From assembly GCF_009914755.1 (NCBI RefSeq), contig NC_060935.1: a stretch of DNA of 64,000 nucleotides; one strand, written 5' to 3'. The DNA comes from the human T2T-CHM13v2.0 reference genome, Homo sapiens. The position numbers and the translations under genes were made by a program. The notes below the pieces were generated by a model, which was given only the letters and a program-made list of their open reading frames with translations, was not told the DNA's origin and made no database searches. Below, one piece after another: positions 59,901 through 64,000 of this stretch. Position 1 is the stretch's first letter. Each line of letters opens with the position of its first letter.

Positions 59901-61654
59901 TGGGCAAGTTACTTAATCTCTCTGTAAAATGCCCTTATCTGTAAAATGCTGAAAATTATGTCTAAGTAGTAAAGAGTTGTGAGGAGAAAGTTAGGTAATT
60001 CATCTGAAGCACTTAGATTGCTGACTGGCACATAGATTTAGTAGACATTAGCTCCTACTGCTATTGTTGCAGTTATTGCTAAACACCATAATATTCTAGT
60101 GAGAAAATGGTTGGTTAAGTCTAGTTCTTAAATAGCTGCTTTCCACTCATCCATTTCAGAAGTAGCAAAGTTGTACTATTTGTGACAAGATCTGGAGTAG
60201 CTACCATAGATCTGCTCTGACTTTTTGATTATCTTTAAAGCATGTGTTAGTCTGTGAATTTACTTTGCTCATTTATTTTTTTCTAGTCTTCTTCCACCAT
60301 AGTAGAATGTAGATATCATGAGAGCAGGAGTATTGCCAGTATTTTTCCCTCCTGTAACCCAATTACTCCATTGGTGCCAGATTTTTATTAGAAAGATTTG
60401 TTAAATAAATAAATGAAAATTTTGTTTTTAATATTTGTAGTGATTTTCTGACAGGCACCTATGATTGTAAATCATTGCTTTCAAGTTAAAGGTTGGAATT
60501 TCAAATATATATTTTGTTTCTGTTTTGTAAACCTGGTTCTATTATCTAGAGCAATCAAGCAAATTCATACTATCTTTTCCACTTAATTTTATTTCTAACA
60601 TAGGGATTTGTTTTTGTCATTGAAGGCTTTACTGTCACTAAATAACTCCTGTAAATTAGCAAATAGCTTTCAGGAACAAACAGCAAAGTATAGTAGAATT
60701 TCATTCCATTGTTGCCTTTAAAAGGTATTCATTAGAATAATAGAAATAGAATCAGACTTGATTTTCTAGGGGATTTTAAAAATATGACTTAAGAATCTGA
60801 CTTGTTTTGTGATTTACGTTGACTTTTATATTGGTAACTTACCTTGGGTCTAGTTCTGTTTTTACTCCTAATTTGTTATGTGACCCTGGGCAAATAATTT
60901 TCTTTCTCTTGGCCTCAGTTTTCTCATTCATAAAATGTGACGGCTAGACTAGACAGTTCTCTTATTTTATTCTTAAAAGTTAAAATTTGGTGACATTTGC
61001 TAGCCCTAATTGTGATATATTATTGTCAAAGAATCCAGTTTAGTTTAGGAAGAAGATCCCCAATTATTTCAGATTTTTTTCACCCTCTAAAATTGTACCT
61101 CCCCCATGATATTATGATTTTTTTCAATAAATTTTTAATAGGTACACAAGCTGGTATGTTCTGCAGTATCTGTCTTAAGTGAATCTTTAGTAGATTCCAT
61201 GACTTCTGCTACTTTCAGCAAATTTCATGATTTGATTGTCATGTTTCTGTGATGTCCTGAGCCAAGATATAAACTGACTCACCGTCCTTATCTAAGGGAT
61301 TCTCTCTCCAGAGTAAGGAAAAGATATCCAAGGAATATAGATGAAAACCAGAGCTCAGAGGGTCATTGTCTAAAGGCTCTTAACTGTGTGTGTCAAGAAA
61401 GGATAGGAAGAATTAAGATTGAAAGAGGGATTTAGGTAGAGAAAGCCATATTTTGAAGTTGGGACAGAACCACAATATATGGCAAAACTAGTAGAAAATC
61501 ATCATTCTTTCATTTTGCTTAAAACTAGAAAGTCTTTTGATTCTCTTGGGTCCTTTGAATTTTGATGGCAGTTCATTTTACAAAGTTATCATTGGGAATT
61601 GGGTGAAATTTGTTATCCTAGATGTGTCTTAACTACTTTTCCTTTTTCTCCTAG

Positions 61655-61712
61655 GCAGCGATTATTAGTAGAGTTCAGTGTAGGATTGTAGCTTTGGATC
61701 TGCGAAGTCATG
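61655..61712 (+). CDS. PPME1: PPME1 coding exon 4 (58 nt; AAIISRVQCRIVALDLRSH+G)
   Basis: Acceptor ttctcctag|GCA and donor CATG|gtgagt; DLRSHG alpha/beta-hydrolase motif; frame continuous with exon 3. Confidence 0.96.
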
Positions 61713-61810
61713 GTGAGTAAAGTTCTTAATTAGCCATTAACTGGATTATAGTCATCAAGCCCCTTTGAATAGTTGTAACTATTAGAAATTTCAACGTGGC
61801 CATAAAATAA

Positions 61811-62198
<388 letters not shown>

Positions 62199-62274
62199 TA
62201 AAGTTTTATGTATAATATTTATTTTTGTATTTTATGTGTGTTAAGCTAAGAAAATGTCCTTTAAAGTCAAATTC

Positions 62275-64000
<1,726 letters not shown>

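Noticed and set aside
61624-61634. GTCTTAAC before PPME1 exon 4 resembling a U12 branch site
   Set aside because: The intron 3 donor is GTAAGT and there is a polypyrimidine tract, so this is an ordinary U2 intron with a good yTnAy branch point

Overview
Human intronic and promoter DNA from the head-to-head C2CD3/PPME1 locus (recalled as chr11q13). Human origin is supported by a human-specific AluYb8 and by exon translations matching the human proteins as I recall them. Minus strand: C2CD3 coding exons 1-3 (10136-10082, 7957-7688, 900-743; 161 codons, gene continues off the left end). Plus strand: PPME1 (PP2A methylesterase PME-1) coding exons 1-4 (10766-10866, 43072-43165, 43697-43789, 61655-61712; gene continues off the right end). 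The two ATGs are about 630 bp apart across a CpG-island bidirectional promoter with ZNF143/THAP11-, NRF1- and ETS-type motifs. PPME1 intron 2 is a U12-type AT-AC minor-spliceosome intron. The rest is mostly transposable elements: roughly 30 Alus, MaLR LTRs, a complete MST provirus nested in a Tigger4/Zombi transposon, a MER41 LTR, a near full-length old L1MA and a young L1PA 3' part with an open ORF2. There is also a tailless 5S rRNA retropseudogene. Almost all ORF-track entries are repeat-derived or spurious. I see no evidence for a wholly new gene system. The most notable observations are: (i) a strong-Kozak 23-codon uORF whose TGA overlaps the C2CD3 start codon (ATGA); (ii) the AT-AC intron, with a tandem ACAC acceptor and internal U2-type donors; (iii) a 5S tailless retrocopy and an Alu that share one triplicated target site; (iv) mirror-image purine skew on both sides of the promoter. 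Repeat subfamily names come from recalled consensus sequences, and repeat boundaries are approximate unless a TSD is quoted.
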